Made by a program: the position numbers and the translations under genes. A DNA stretch of 64,000 nucleotides, taken from assembly GCA_963718525.1 (NCBI GenBank), contig OY970355.1, positions 2,112,001 through 2,176,000 on the forward strand, in the 5' to 3' direction. This document shows, one piece after another, positions 45,066-55,080 of the stretch (the first letter of the stretch is position 1; each line of letters begins with the position of its first letter). Source of the stretch: Candidatus Dormiibacterota bacterium. Its GTDB lineage: Bacteria; Chloroflexota; Dormibacteria; Aeolococcales; Aeolococcaceae. The notes under the pieces are model-generated. The model saw nothing but the letters and a program-made list of their open reading frames with translations, did no database searches and was not told where the DNA came from.

Positions 45066-46808
45066 ATAGCGACTACCAGCGGCACGACGCGCACCGTCAC
45101 CGCGGCACCCGGCAAGCGCGGCGACGGCTACAAGTGGGTCGCGCTCTCCAATACGACCGTTGGGGTGCTGCTCGCGACCATTGATGCGTCGATCATGTTG
45201 ATCGCGATGCCCGATATCTTTCGGGGCATCGGGCTGAACCCGCTCGACCCGGCGAACAGCTTCTACCTGCTCTGGATGATCCTCGGGTTCCTGATCGTCA
45301 GCAGCGTCCTGGTCGTGGGCCTGGGTCGCCTTGGCGACATCGTTGGGCGCGTCCGGATCTACAACCTCGGCTTCGTCATCTACACGGCAGCGTCGCTCCT
45401 GCTGACCATCGACTGGATGACCGGGCCCCCGGGTGCGATCTGGCTGATGGTGTTTCGAGTTGTGCAGGGCATCGGCGCCGCGTGCCTCATCGGCAACTCG
45501 GCTGCGATTCTCACCGACGCTTTCCCCCCCAACCAGCGCGGGCTCGCGCTGGGTATCAACAACATCGCGGGCATCAGCGGCGTGTTCATCGGTCTCGTGC
45601 TCGGCGGCCTGCTCGCGCCCATCAACTGGCGCCTCGTGTTTCTCGTGTCGGTGCCCTTCGGCATCTTCGGCACCGTCTGGGCGTACATGAAGCTGGAGGA
45701 ACGCGGCGTCCGACGGCGGGTGCCGATCGACTGGCTCGGCAACCTCACGTTCGCCATCGGCCTGATCCTCGTGATGATCGGGATCACCTATGGGATCGAG
45801 CCGTACAAGTCCGATCCGATGGGCTGGACGAGCCCGTTCGTGCTCTCGGCACTCGGCCTCGGAGCGCTGTTCCTCGGTGGATTTGCGGTGATCGAGAGTC
45901 GCGTCGAGAATCCCATGTTCCGTCTCGGGTTGTTTCGCATCCGCGCGTTCACCTTCGGCACGCTGTCGAGCTTCCTGGCTGCGGTGGGCCGCGGCGGACT
46001 CATGTTCATGCTCATCATCTGGCTGCAGGGAATCTGGTTGCCTGAACATGGATACAGCTTCACGTCGACGCCGCTGTGGGCCGGCATTTACATGATTCCC
46101 CTGACGGTGGGGTTCCTGCTCGCCGGTCCGGTCTCGGGCTATCTCTCCGACCGCTTCGGGTCGCGGCCGTTTGCGACGGGCGGGATGATCGGAGCGGCCG
46201 CGAGCTTCGCGTTCCTGCAACTGCTGCCGATCGACTTCCCGTATCAACTGTTCGCCCTGATCCTGCTCCTCAACGGTCTGTCGATGGGCGCATTCGCGTC
46301 TCCAAACCGTGCGGGCGTGATGAACAGCCTGCCGCCCGGCGACCGTGGCGCCGGCGGCGGCATGAATGCGACGTTCCAGAGTTCAGCTCAGGTGCTGTCC
46401 ATCGGCATCTTCTTCACGCTGATGATCACCGGGCTGGCGGCCACGCTCTCGACGACGATGACCGCCGGTCTTGAAGCGCACGGAGTCCCGGCGGCGGTTG
46501 CCGAGCATGTGGGCCACCTGCCGCCCGTGTCGATTCTGTTTGCGGCGTTCCTCGGCTACAACCCGATCCAGTCGCTGATCGGCGTGCATGTCCTGTCACA
46601 GCTGCCCGCGGCGAGCGCCGCCGCGCTCACCGGCCGCCAGTTCTTCCCGGAACTGATCTCGAAGCCGTTCGCGGCAGGCCTGCACCAGGCCTTCACCTTC
46701 TCACTGGTGGTGTGCCTCATCGCGGCGGTTGCGTCGTGGTCACGCGGAGGGCGGCGCGCCCCGTCCGGTGAGCCCGCGATCGCCACAACCGAGACGCCGG
46801 AGCTGTAA
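45066..46808 (+). CDS. MFS transporter (DHA2-like); probable ATA start, first canonical start is GTG at 45165
   Basis: YKWVALSNTTVGV lies upstream of the GTG at 45165; GRLGDIVGRVRIYNLGF, FRVVQGIG, DAFPPNQRG. Confidence 0.88.
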   Translation: MATTSGTTRTVTAAPGKRGDGYKWVALSNTTVGVLLATIDASIMLIAMPDIFRGIGLNPLDPANSFYLLWMILGFLIVSSVLVVGLGRLGDIVGRVRIYNLGFVIYTAASLLLTIDWMTGPPGAIWLMVFRVVQGIGAACLIGNSAAILTDAFPPNQRGLALGINNIAGISGVFIGLVLGGLLAPINWRLVFLVSVPFGIFGTVWAYMKLEERGVRRRVPIDWLGNLTFAIGLILVMIGITYGIEPYKSDPMGWTSPFVLSALGLGALFLGGFAVIESRVENPMFRLGLFRIRAFTFGTLSSFLAAVGRGGLMFMLIIWLQGIWLPEHGYSFTSTPLWAGIYMIPLTVGFLLAGPVSGYLSDRFGSRPFATGGMIGAAASFAFLQLLPIDFPYQLFALILLLNGLSMGAFASPNRAGVMNSLPPGDRGAGGGMNATFQSSAQVLSIGIFFTLMITGLAATLSTTMTAGLEAHGVPAAVAEHVGHLPPVSILFAAFLGYNPIQSLIGVHVLSQLPAASAAALTGRQFFPELISKPFAAGLHQAFTFSLVVCLIAAVASWSRGGRRAPSGEPAIATTETPEL

Positions 46809-46816
46809 CCGCCGGG

Positions 46817-47242
46817 CTACCGGAGGCTGAGTGCGGGACCGGTCAAGGCCAGGGGAACATGGCCCGAGAACGCGAAGAACGCGAAGAGCGCCAGCGCCGC
46901 GCCGAGCAATGAGACATCGCGGTAGAAGCCGCCCTCGTGCGTTCTCCTCGCGGCCGGGTCGGTCTCGCTCCAGAACGGGTGAAAGAGGACCGCGGCGGGG
47001 ATGAGAAATGCGGCGATCATCAGGGAGCCCAGGTCTGCCCAGATGCCGACGACGATGGAGATCGACGCGACCAGCAACCACACACCCGTCGGCCACCCCG
47101 CGAGCACGGGGAACGGAAGTTTCTTGCCCGAGCCCGCGACGTAGCGAGGGTGGTTCTTGATGTGGCCGCGAGCTGCAGATACGAAGAGCGCGACGAACAG
47201 GATCCGGCCGATAAGCAGGATCACGCCTGCGAGCGTGCTCAC
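46817..47242 (-). CDS. DoxX family membrane protein
   Basis: LIGRILFVALF..A..H, FHPFW, FYRDVSLLGAAL; start uncertain. Confidence 0.8.
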   Translation of the reverse strand: MSTLAGVILLIGRILFVALFVSAARGHIKNHPRYVAGSGKKLPFPVLAGWPTGVWLLVASISIVVGIWADLGSLMIAAFLIPAAVLFHPFWSETDPAARRTHEGGFYRDVSLLGAALALFAFFAFSGHVPLALTGPALSLR

Positions 47243-47276
47243 CGCTCCGGCCGTGACCGCATTGCGTGCCTGGGCG

Positions 47277-48218
47277 TCACTCCGCAACCTTGAGAAGGAT
47301 GCGCCCGCGGCCGTGGCCCGTTTCCGAAACCGCCTGCGCCTGTGCCGCTTCCTCGAGCGGGAAGACTTGCTGGATCTCGGGTTTCAGGTCGCCCGATGCC
47401 ACGAGCTTGGCGAGCTCCTCGAGGATCGGGCGGGTCTCGGTGGGATGAGCCACGGCCTCCGCGCGCACTCCTCGCGCAGCTGCCGCGTCCGGGTCGGCCA
47501 TGCCGGCCACGGTCACGAGGATGCCGCCCGGCTTGAGCAGGCTCAGGGAGCGCGCGGCAATCTCGCCACCGACCGTATCGACCACGACATCGAGGTCGTG
47601 CACGGCGTCCTCGACATTGGTGGTCGTGTAGTCGATGATCTCGTCGGCGCCGATCGAGCGCACGAAGTCGACATTGGCCGTCGAGGCGGTAGCGATGACG
47701 AAGGCGCCCTTCCAGTGTCCGAGCTGGACTGCGATGGATCCGACGCCACCGGCGCCGCCCTGCACGAGGAGACGCTGGCCGGCCTCGAGGTGCGCGTTGT
47801 CGAAGAGCGCGAGCCACGCGGTGACACCGCCGACGTGGAGGGTCGCCGCGTGCTCGAAGGAGACGCCGTCGGGGATCCTCGCGATGGTCGCAATCGGTGC
47901 GACCGCGAACTCGGCATACGTGCTCGCGCCGCGGCCGAAGACTTTGTCGCCGACGGCGAAGTCCATGACCCCATCGCCGAGCGCGTCAACGGTGCCGGAA
48001 AAGTCGAGCCCGGGCGTGGCCGGAAGCGCGATCGGCATGTACCGCTGCAAAATCCCGGTCCGGAGCTTCCAATCGATCGGGTTCACACCGGCGAAGTGGA
48101 TGCGGACGAGGACCTCGCCGGCTTTGGGCTGAGGGCGGTCCACAGTCTCGACGATGAGCACCGACGGCGGTCCGTAGTCATGAAAATGCCCTGCCCGCAT
48201 CGAGGTCTCGCTCGCCAT
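47277..48218 (-). CDS. NADP-dependent MDR oxidoreductase (quinone oxidoreductase-like)
   Basis: GVNPIDWK, PGLDFSG, VQGGAGGVG, GRGRILL; SD GGGAGG before MASETS. Confidence 0.9.
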   Translation of the reverse strand: MASETSMRAGHFHDYGPPSVLIVETVDRPQPKAGEVLVRIHFAGVNPIDWKLRTGILQRYMPIALPATPGLDFSGTVDALGDGVMDFAVGDKVFGRGASTYAEFAVAPIATIARIPDGVSFEHAATLHVGGVTAWLALFDNAHLEAGQRLLVQGGAGGVGSIAVQLGHWKGAFVIATASTANVDFVRSIGADEIIDYTTTNVEDAVHDLDVVVDTVGGEIAARSLSLLKPGGILVTVAGMADPDAAAARGVRAEAVAHPTETRPILEELAKLVASGDLKPEIQQVFPLEEAAQAQAVSETGHGRGRILLKVAE

Positions 48219-48316
48219 GTGCCGTGCCTCCCTGGCTGCGCTGTGTCGCACAGGCTAGTAATTCAATAGGAACATCAGATTTTAGCACGAAGACCGCCGG
48301 AAACCGGGAGCGCTGC

Positions 48317-49081
48317 CTAGAGCACCTTGGAGAGAAATGACTTGGTGCGTGCGTGCTGCGGATTGGCGAGCACATCGCGCGGATTCCCGGCCTCGACGAT
48401 CACGCCACCATCCATGAACACGAGCGCGTCGCCGACCTCGCGCGCGAAGCCCATCTCGTGGGTGACGACGATCATCGTCATGCCGTCCTGCGCGAGACCG
48501 CGCATGACGTCGAGCACATCGCCGACGAGCTCCGGGTCGAGTGCCGACGTCGGCTCGTCGAAGAGCATCAGCTTCGGCTGCATCGCCAGCGCTCGGGCGA
48601 TCGCGACTCGCTGCTGCTGGCCACCGGAGAGCTGATTCGGATAGACGTCCAGCTTATCGGCGAGTCCGACGCGGTCCAGCAACGCCTTTCCTCGCTCCAT
48701 CGCAACGCGCTCGGGCTCGCCCTTCACGCGAATCGGCGCCTCGATGATGTTCTCGATGGCCGTCATGTGCGGGAAGAGATTGAAGCGCTGGAACACCATG
48801 CCGATCTCGGCGCGCTTGCGACATACCTCACTATCAGGAAGCTCGTAGATCTTGCCGGCATGTTCGCGGTATCCCACCAGCTCACCATCGACTGACAGCC
48901 TGCCGGCGTCGATCTTCTCGAGATGATTGATGCAGCGAAGAAAGGTGCTCTTGCCGGATCCCGACGGACCCACGATGCACATGACCTCACTCGGCGCCAC
49001 CTCGAGATCGATCCCGCGCAGCACTTCGAGACGTCCAAAGCTCTTGTGCACGCTCTCGGCAAGGACCATCGGGGCGGGCAT
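48317..49081 (-). CDS. Polar amino acid ABC ATP-binding protein
   Basis: [47 protein letters not shown]. Confidence 0.95.
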   Translation of the reverse strand: MPAPMVLAESVHKSFGRLEVLRGIDLEVAPSEVMCIVGPSGSGKSTFLRCINHLEKIDAGRLSVDGELVGYREHAGKIYELPDSEVCRKRAEIGMVFQRFNLFPHMTAIENIIEAPIRVKGEPERVAMERGKALLDRVGLADKLDVYPNQLSGGQQQRVAIARALAMQPKLMLFDEPTSALDPELVGDVLDVMRGLAQDGMTMIVVTHEMGFAREVGDALVFMDGGVIVEAGNPRDVLANPQHARTKSFLSKVL

Positions 49082-49091
49082 CAGCGCACCT

Positions 49092-50069
49092 CTAGAACGG
49101 GTGGCGCGGGACGATGGGCGCCGGCTCGGCAGCAACCATCTGCGGGGTGACGTGCGAGCCGAAGAACGTCCTTCGGAACCGCTGGAGCGGGGTCAGCGGC
49201 AGCTGCCGGGCCGAGCCTCGCGCAAAGTATCGCTCGAGGTAGTACTGGCCGAACGTCAGGATCGAAGTCATGAAGAGATACCAGATGCTGGCGACAACCA
49301 GCAGCTCAACGATGTCGAAGTTGGCGTTGGAGATCTGCCCCTGCGCGTAGAACAGTTCGCCAACGGTCGCGATGGACGCGAGCGATGACGTCTTCAGCAT
49401 CGAGATCGTCTCGTTGCCCGTCGGCGGGAGGATGACGCGCATCGCCTGCGGCAGCACGATCCTTCGCATGACCCGGGTGCGGGTCATGCCCAGCGCCTGC
49501 GCCGCCTCCGTCTGCCCGTGATCCACGGAGATGATGCCGGCGCGAACGATCTCCGACATGTAGGCCGCCTCGTTGAGGCCGAGGCCGAGGATGGCGGCGA
49601 GAATCGGAGTGTCGATTTGATTGGTAACGCCCACCCATTGGAGGTGGGTGAACGGAATACCGATGTGCAGGAGGGGCAGGATCAGCGCGAGGTTGTACCA
49701 GAAGAAGATCTGCACCAGGACGGGGGTCCCGCGGAAGAACCAGATGTAGAACCAGCTCACCGTCGACACGACCGGGTTCACCGAAAGGCGCATCACGGCG
49801 AGCAGCACGCCCAGGGACACGCCGATCACCATCGCGACCACCGTGAGGACGAGCGTGATGAGGATGCCGCGGAGGATCGCGGGGAAGAAGAAGAACTGGG
49901 CGACGGCGCGCCAGCTCAGATTTGGCGCGGTGGCGAAGGTGTACAGCACACTCGCGGCGGCCGCGAGCACGACCGCCGCACCGACCCATCTCCACGGGTG
50001 GCGGAGTGGAATCGCCTTGATCGCCTCGGGTTTGCGCGTCGCGGTCGCGGAGGGGTCGGTGATCGTCAC
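49092..50069 (-). CDS. Polar amino acid ABC permease
   Basis: [38 protein letters not shown]. Confidence 0.95.
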   Translation of the reverse strand: MTITDPSATATRKPEAIKAIPLRHPWRWVGAAVVLAAAASVLYTFATAPNLSWRAVAQFFFFPAILRGILITLVLTVVAMVIGVSLGVLLAVMRLSVNPVVSTVSWFYIWFFRGTPVLVQIFFWYNLALILPLLHIGIPFTHLQWVGVTNQIDTPILAAILGLGLNEAAYMSEIVRAGIISVDHGQTEAAQALGMTRTRVMRRIVLPQAMRVILPPTGNETISMLKTSSLASIATVGELFYAQGQISNANFDIVELLVVASIWYLFMTSILTFGQYYLERYFARGSARQLPLTPLQRFRRTFFGSHVTPQMVAAEPAPIVPRHPF

Positions 50070-50123
50070 GCCGGCCGGATGGTCACGACGGCGCGCATCC
50101 CTGATCGGAGCTGTTGCGCGTGG

Positions 50124-51116
50124 TCAAGGGCCTAAGTACGACGGCACGCAGCTCGCGCCCACCGGGTTGTTGTTGTTCAACCCGACGGCAGAACTGGGGA
50201 TCGCCCCGTCCTTGACCCCCCACTTCTCGAGGAGCTGTCCGTACCAGTTGTTGTCGATCAGATATTTGAGCGCGTCCTGGACGGCCTGTTCGAGCCCGGT
50301 CGACTTCACCATGGCGACTCCATAGGGCGAAACGCTGCACGCGGTACCGCCGATCTTGAGCTTGCCGCTCTCGAGCTTGACCTGGTAGTCGGCGACGGGC
50401 TGATCCGCCCATCCGAAATCCGCGCGGCCCGACAGCAGCGCGGCGTTGGCCTGGGTCTGCGTTTGGAAGCTGAGCACTGTGATGTCCTGCTTGCCGGCCG
50501 CGGTGCAGTGGTCGGTGTCGCCGCTGATCTTGGTGCCCCCGGGCTGCATCCCCATGTATCCCCAGGCGTCCGCTTCCTCAGTCGTCGACGACTCAACCGC
50601 CACGGTATGACCGCACATGTCGGCGGCTGACGAAATCGTCGGCCCCCCGGTCTTGACCAGCCAGGCCTCGCCGGCCTGGTAATAGGTGACGAAATCGATG
50701 CCCTTGGCCTCGCGAGCCGAGGTTGGGGTGAAGCTCGAGAAGCTCATCTGATACTTGGACGGGTTCTCGAGCAGCGCCGGGATGATGTCGTTGAATGTGA
50801 CGTTGCTGATCGTGCAGGGGACACCGAGGACGGCGCACACCTCCTTGGCGAGATCGATGTCCCAGCCCACGAGGCTTCCAGTGCTCGGGTCGACGAATTC
50901 GTTCGGCGCGTAGGACGCATCCGAGGCAATCTGCAGTGGGGCCGCGGTCTTGATCGCCGACGGGACCTCGGCTGCGATGCTCGCCTGGACGGTCGGGCCT
51001 GTGGGCCCTGAACTCGCGGGCGAGGAGCCACCGGAACCCCCGCAGGCAGCAAGCACCGCCGCCGGGACGATGAGAGCGAGTCCGGCGCGGCGCGAGACTT
51101 GGACCGTGCGACCCAT
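50124..51116 (-). CDS. Polar amino acid ABC substrate-binding lipoprotein
   Basis: Lipobox VLAAC, DASYAPNEF, GWDIDL, FNDIIPAL, YGQLLEKWG. Confidence 0.9.
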   Translation of the reverse strand: MGRTVQVSRRAGLALIVPAAVLAACGGSGGSSPASSGPTGPTVQASIAAEVPSAIKTAAPLQIASDASYAPNEFVDPSTGSLVGWDIDLAKEVCAVLGVPCTISNVTFNDIIPALLENPSKYQMSFSSFTPTSAREAKGIDFVTYYQAGEAWLVKTGGPTISSAADMCGHTVAVESSTTEEADAWGYMGMQPGGTKISGDTDHCTAAGKQDITVLSFQTQTQANAALLSGRADFGWADQPVADYQVKLESGKLKIGGTACSVSPYGVAMVKSTGLEQAVQDALKYLIDNNWYGQLLEKWGVKDGAIPSSAVGLNNNNPVGASCVPSYLGP

Positions 51117-51401
51117 ATGTGACCCCCAAAGCCAAACGACTGAATAGGTGGCCGACATTGTGGACTTTCACCCCTGCCGTGTCCACAGACACACCGTCTG
51201 TACGGCAGTTTTGCGGCGCCCCGGCTGACTGTTCACCGCACCTGACGCCTTTCCGCCTGAAATGCCTGGCAGGCACTGCGCGATCTGGTCGGACACCTGG
51301 CACTTGCGTGCCAGCAAGGCTGGGGAGATTCGCTTGACCCTTCCCCCGAGCGAATGCCAGCATGAGGCCGCCGTCATTTCCTTTCGTCCGGGAGGTTTTC
51401 C

Positions 51402-51926
51402 ATGCCGCAGCAGGTTGCCCTGACCATCAATGGAAGGCGAAGGGAGGATTACGTCGAGCCGCGTCTGCTCCTTGTGCACTACCTCCGCGAGGTGGCCGGA
51501 CTCACCGGGACCCACATCGCGTGCGACACCAGCCAGTGCGGCGCCTGCACGGTCCTCGTCGATGGCGAGGCCGTGAAGTCGTGCAGCGTCTTCACCGTCC
51601 AGGCGGATGGAAAGCAGGTGACCACGATCGAAGGGCTGGCCGAGGACGGGACCCTCCACCCCGTGCAGCAGGCGTTCTGGAACGAGCACGGCCTGCAGTG
51701 CGGGTTCTGCACACCCGGTTTCATCATGGCCGCCGCGTACCTGCTGAAGCAGAACGCGTCGCCGACCGACGATGAGATCGACCGAGGCCTGGAAGGAAAT
51801 CTCTGCCGCTGTACCGGCTACGAGAACATCAAGAAGGCCGTGCGATCCGCGTCTCGGGCGATGACCGGTGGCGATGCGGAGTCACGTGACCTGGTCGGAT
51901 CGGTCGCCGCTCCGGTGGAGGACTAG
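51402..51926 (+). CDS. coxS: Molybdenum hydroxylase small (2x[2Fe-2S]) subunit, CoxS/CutS-like
   Basis: CDTSQCGACTV, QCGFCTPG, GNLCRCTGY. Confidence 0.93.
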   Translation: MPQQVALTINGRRREDYVEPRLLLVHYLREVAGLTGTHIACDTSQCGACTVLVDGEAVKSCSVFTVQADGKQVTTIEGLAEDGTLHPVQQAFWNEHGLQCGFCTPGFIMAAAYLLKQNASPTDDEIDRGLEGNLCRCTGYENIKKAVRSASRAMTGGDAESRDLVGSVAAPVED

Positions 51927-51928
51927 CG

Positions 51929-54268
51929 ATGGCCGTCACCTCGATGATCGGCGCCCGCATCCAGCGACGCGAAGATCCCAAGCTCATCACCGGGCACGGC
52001 AACTTCATCGACGACATCAACCTTGTGAACATGGCGCACATGTCGGTGGTGCGCAGCCCGCACGCGCATGCGCGCATCCGCTCGATCGACACCTCGGCCG
52101 CACGAGCGGCCAAAGGCGTGGTTGCGGTGCTCACGGCCGCCGACTTCAAGTCGGTCATCCTCGGGCCGCTCCCGGTGACCAATTCGTTTGTCGCGGACAA
52201 GAAGCAGGTCCCGGAACAGTTCCCGATCGCGGCGACGGAGGCAGCCTATGCGGGCGAGCCGGTGGCCGTGGTCATCGCGGATGACCGCTACCTCGCCGAC
52301 GATGCCGCCCAGCTCGTCGTCGTCGACTACGAGCCGCTCCCAGCCGTCATGGACCTGGAGAAGGCGATGGCGCCGGGCAGCCCGCTGGTGAAGAGCGACA
52401 GGCCCGACAACATCGGGTGGGACGCGGCGTTTCCCGCCGGCGACATCGACGCAGCGTTTGCCGAGGCAGACGTGGTGCTCAAGCAGCGCATCGGCCAGCA
52501 GCGCGTGTTTCCGACGGCGATGGAGACCCGCGGTTGCGTCGCCGACTACGTCCCCTACGACAACCGCTGCACGTTGTGGACCTCGACCCAGGTGCCGCAC
52601 TTCATCCGTCTCTTCGTGGGGGGCGCGCTTGGCGTCCCGGAATCGCAATTCCGCGTCGTCAGCCACGACGTCGGCGGTGGATTCGGAGCCAAGCTACGCC
52701 CATATCCCGAGGAATACCTGGCGACCGCGGCGTCAAAGATCACCGAGCGACCGGTGAAGTGGATCGAGGACCGCACCGAGAGCCTGCAGGCGACGACTCA
52801 GGGACGTGGGCAGATCTTCGATGTCGAGGTGGCAGCCAAGCGGGACGGCACGCTTCTGGGGTTGAAGTTCACGCAACTGCTCGACATCGGCGCTTATCAC
52901 GGCGTGTTCAGCGCCTTCCAGGTGGTGGCATGCCTCCTCGGTGGCGGCTGCTATGACTTCAAGGCGATCCACGCGCGAAGCATCGGCGTCTTCACCAACC
53001 GCATGTCCACCGACCCGTATCGCGGTGCCGGCCGGCCGGAGGCGACCCACCTGGTCGAGCGCGTCGTCGATCTGGTGGCGCGAGAGTTCGGCATGGACCC
53101 GGCCGAGGTTCGGCGCAAGAACTTCATCAAGACGTTCCCCCACACCAACAATTTCGGGCTCGTCTACAACTCCGGTGAGTACGAGAAGTCGATGGATCGC
53201 GCCATGGCGAACATCGACTACCCTGCGCTGCGCAAGCGCCAGGAGGAGTTGCGCGCCCAGGGCCGCTACACCGGGATCGGCTTCAGCACCTACGTTGAGA
53301 TCTGCGGACTCGGCCCGAGTTCGGCCACTGCGCCGGCGGCGGGCATCGCGCTCGTCGAGTCATCGATGGTCCGCGTCCATCCCACAGGATCGGTGACGGT
53401 GTCAGTCGGGACGCACGCGCACGGTCAGGGTCACGAGACCACATTCGCGCAGATCGTGGCCGACACACTCGGTGTCCCGTACGACTCGGTGGAGATCCGC
53501 CACGGCGACACCGGCGACACCCCGTTCGGTTACGGAACTTACGGGTCTCGTAGCCTCGCCGTCGGCGGCATGGCGATCATGGCGTCGTGTCACAAGGTGG
53601 TCGAGAAGGCCAAGAAGCTTGCGGCACACGCATTTGAAGCATCTGATGAAGACATCGTCGTAGACCAGGGACGCTACTTCGTGCGCGGCAACCCGAGCGA
53701 CGCAAAAGTCCTTGCGGAGCTGGCGTTTGCCTCATACGGAGCGGGGCTCCCCGAGGGTATGGAGCAGGAACTCGAGGCCGTGTCGTACTTCGACCCGCCG
53801 AACTTCGTGTGGCCGTTCGGCTGCCACATCTGCGCCGTCGAGGTCGATCCCGAAACGGGCGTGGTGACCTTCGATCGTTACGTTGCGGTGGACGACTGCG
53901 GCAACGTGATCAACCCGTTGGTGGTCGACGGACAATTGCACGGGGGCATTGCCCAGGGGATCTCCCAAGCGCTCTTTGAAGAGGTGCAGTACGACGACGA
54001 GACCGGGCAGATGCTGAACGGCACCATGCTCGACTACCTGATTCCTACCATGGCGGAGATGCCGCACTTCGAGCTCGACCGAACGGTGACGCCGAGCCCG
54101 ACCAACGAGCTGGGGGTCAAGGGCATTGGTGAGGCGGGAACCATCGCATCGAGCATCGCGGTGATCAATGCGATCACCGACGCGCTCTCGCCCTTCGGGA
54201 TCAAACACGTGGAGATGCCTGCGCGTCCGGATCGCCTCTGGTCGATGATCAAGGAGGCACGCGCATGA
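51929..54268 (+). CDS. coxL: Molybdopterin large subunit, form II CoxL-like (not a bona fide form I CO dehydrogenase)
   Basis: VGGGFGAK, active-site loop PYRGAGRPEA (53015-53035), HGQGHET, GTYGSRS, KGIGEAG. Confidence 0.9.
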   Translation: MAVTSMIGARIQRREDPKLITGHGNFIDDINLVNMAHMSVVRSPHAHARIRSIDTSAARAAKGVVAVLTAADFKSVILGPLPVTNSFVADKKQVPEQFPIAATEAAYAGEPVAVVIADDRYLADDAAQLVVVDYEPLPAVMDLEKAMAPGSPLVKSDRPDNIGWDAAFPAGDIDAAFAEADVVLKQRIGQQRVFPTAMETRGCVADYVPYDNRCTLWTSTQVPHFIRLFVGGALGVPESQFRVVSHDVGGGFGAKLRPYPEEYLATAASKITERPVKWIEDRTESLQATTQGRGQIFDVEVAAKRDGTLLGLKFTQLLDIGAYHGVFSAFQVVACLLGGGCYDFKAIHARSIGVFTNRMSTDPYRGAGRPEATHLVERVVDLVAREFGMDPAEVRRKNFIKTFPHTNNFGLVYNSGEYEKSMDRAMANIDYPALRKRQEELRAQGRYTGIGFSTYVEICGLGPSSATAPAAGIALVESSMVRVHPTGSVTVSVGTHAHGQGHETTFAQIVADTLGVPYDSVEIRHGDTGDTPFGYGTYGSRSLAVGGMAIMASCHKVVEKAKKLAAHAFEASDEDIVVDQGRYFVRGNPSDAKVLAELAFASYGAGLPEGMEQELEAVSYFDPPNFVWPFGCHICAVEVDPETGVVTFDRYVAVDDCGNVINPLVVDGQLHGGIAQGISQALFEEVQYDDETGQMLNGTMLDYLIPTMAEMPHFELDRTVTPSPTNELGVKGIGEAGTIASSIAVINAITDALSPFGIKHVEMPARPDRLWSMIKEARA

Positions 54269-55080
54269 TCACCTCGGCATTCGAGTACGCACGGCCGGGC
54301 TCAGTGGATGAGGCGCAATCGCTCTTGACGAAATTCGGCGCCGACGCCAAGGTCATCGCCGGTGGCCAGAGCCTCATTCCCCTGATGCGGCTTCGCCTCA
54401 GTCAGCCGACCGCGCTCATCGACATTCAGAGCGTCCCCGGGCTCAAGGAGGTTCGCCGTGACAATGGCGCCGTGGAGATCGGCGCGCTGCTGCGTCACGT
54501 CGACATCCAGCGCAACGCCACCCTGCGCGAGACACTGCCGCTCCTGGTGGAGATGGCCAATGACATTGGCGACAATCAGGTGCGCAATCTCGGGACCATC
54601 GGCGGAGTGATCGCCCATGGCGATGCGGCGGGTGACTACAACACGCTCGCGCTGATGCTCGACGCGGAGATCGTGACCAACAAGCGCCGTCACCAGGCGC
54701 GCGATTTCTACCGCGACATGTTCACCACCGCGCTCGAGCATGACGAGGTGGTGACCGCGGTCCGTTTCCCGGTTTCGACGGGGCGCTTCGCCTACACGAA
54801 GTTTCGGCGCCGCTTGTACGATTGGGCGATCGCCGGGGTTGCCGTGCAGGAGACCGGGTCATCGTGGCGGGTGGGCTATGTGAACCTGGCGCGGACACCG
54901 CGGAGGGGCGCCACGGTGGAGCAGGCGCTGGCCGGGGGCGCATCGGCGGCGGACGCTGCGACCCAGAGTGGGTCCGACATCGACCCGACCGGAGACGTCC
55001 GCGCAACCGCCGAGTACAAGCGCCACCTCGCGGAGGTGCTCACGGTTCGTACCCTTCGCAACGCGACAATGGCTGCTTGA
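54265..55080 (+). CDS. coxM: FAD-binding medium subunit, CoxM/CutM-like
   Basis: IAGGQSLIPLMRLR, QVRNLGTIGG, DVRATAEYKRHL. Confidence 0.9.
   Translation: MITSAFEYARPGSVDEAQSLLTKFGADAKVIAGGQSLIPLMRLRLSQPTALIDIQSVPGLKEVRRDNGAVEIGALLRHVDIQRNATLRETLPLLVEMANDIGDNQVRNLGTIGGVIAHGDAAGDYNTLALMLDAEIVTNKRRHQARDFYRDMFTTALEHDEVVTAVRFPVSTGRFAYTKFRRRLYDWAIAGVAVQETGSSWRVGYVNLARTPRRGATVEQALAGGASAADAATQSGSDIDPTGDVRATAEYKRHLAEVLTVRTLRNATMAA

Noticed and set aside
51298-51312. TGGCAC...TGC resembling a sigma54 promoter
   Set aside because: The GG-to-GC spacing is one base short of the strict -24/-12 requirement.
51929-54268. Interpretation as an aerobic CO dehydrogenase (trace-gas oxidation)
   Set aside because: The active-site loop is PYRGAGR rather than AYxCSFR, the gene order is S-L-M, and no cox accessory genes are nearby.
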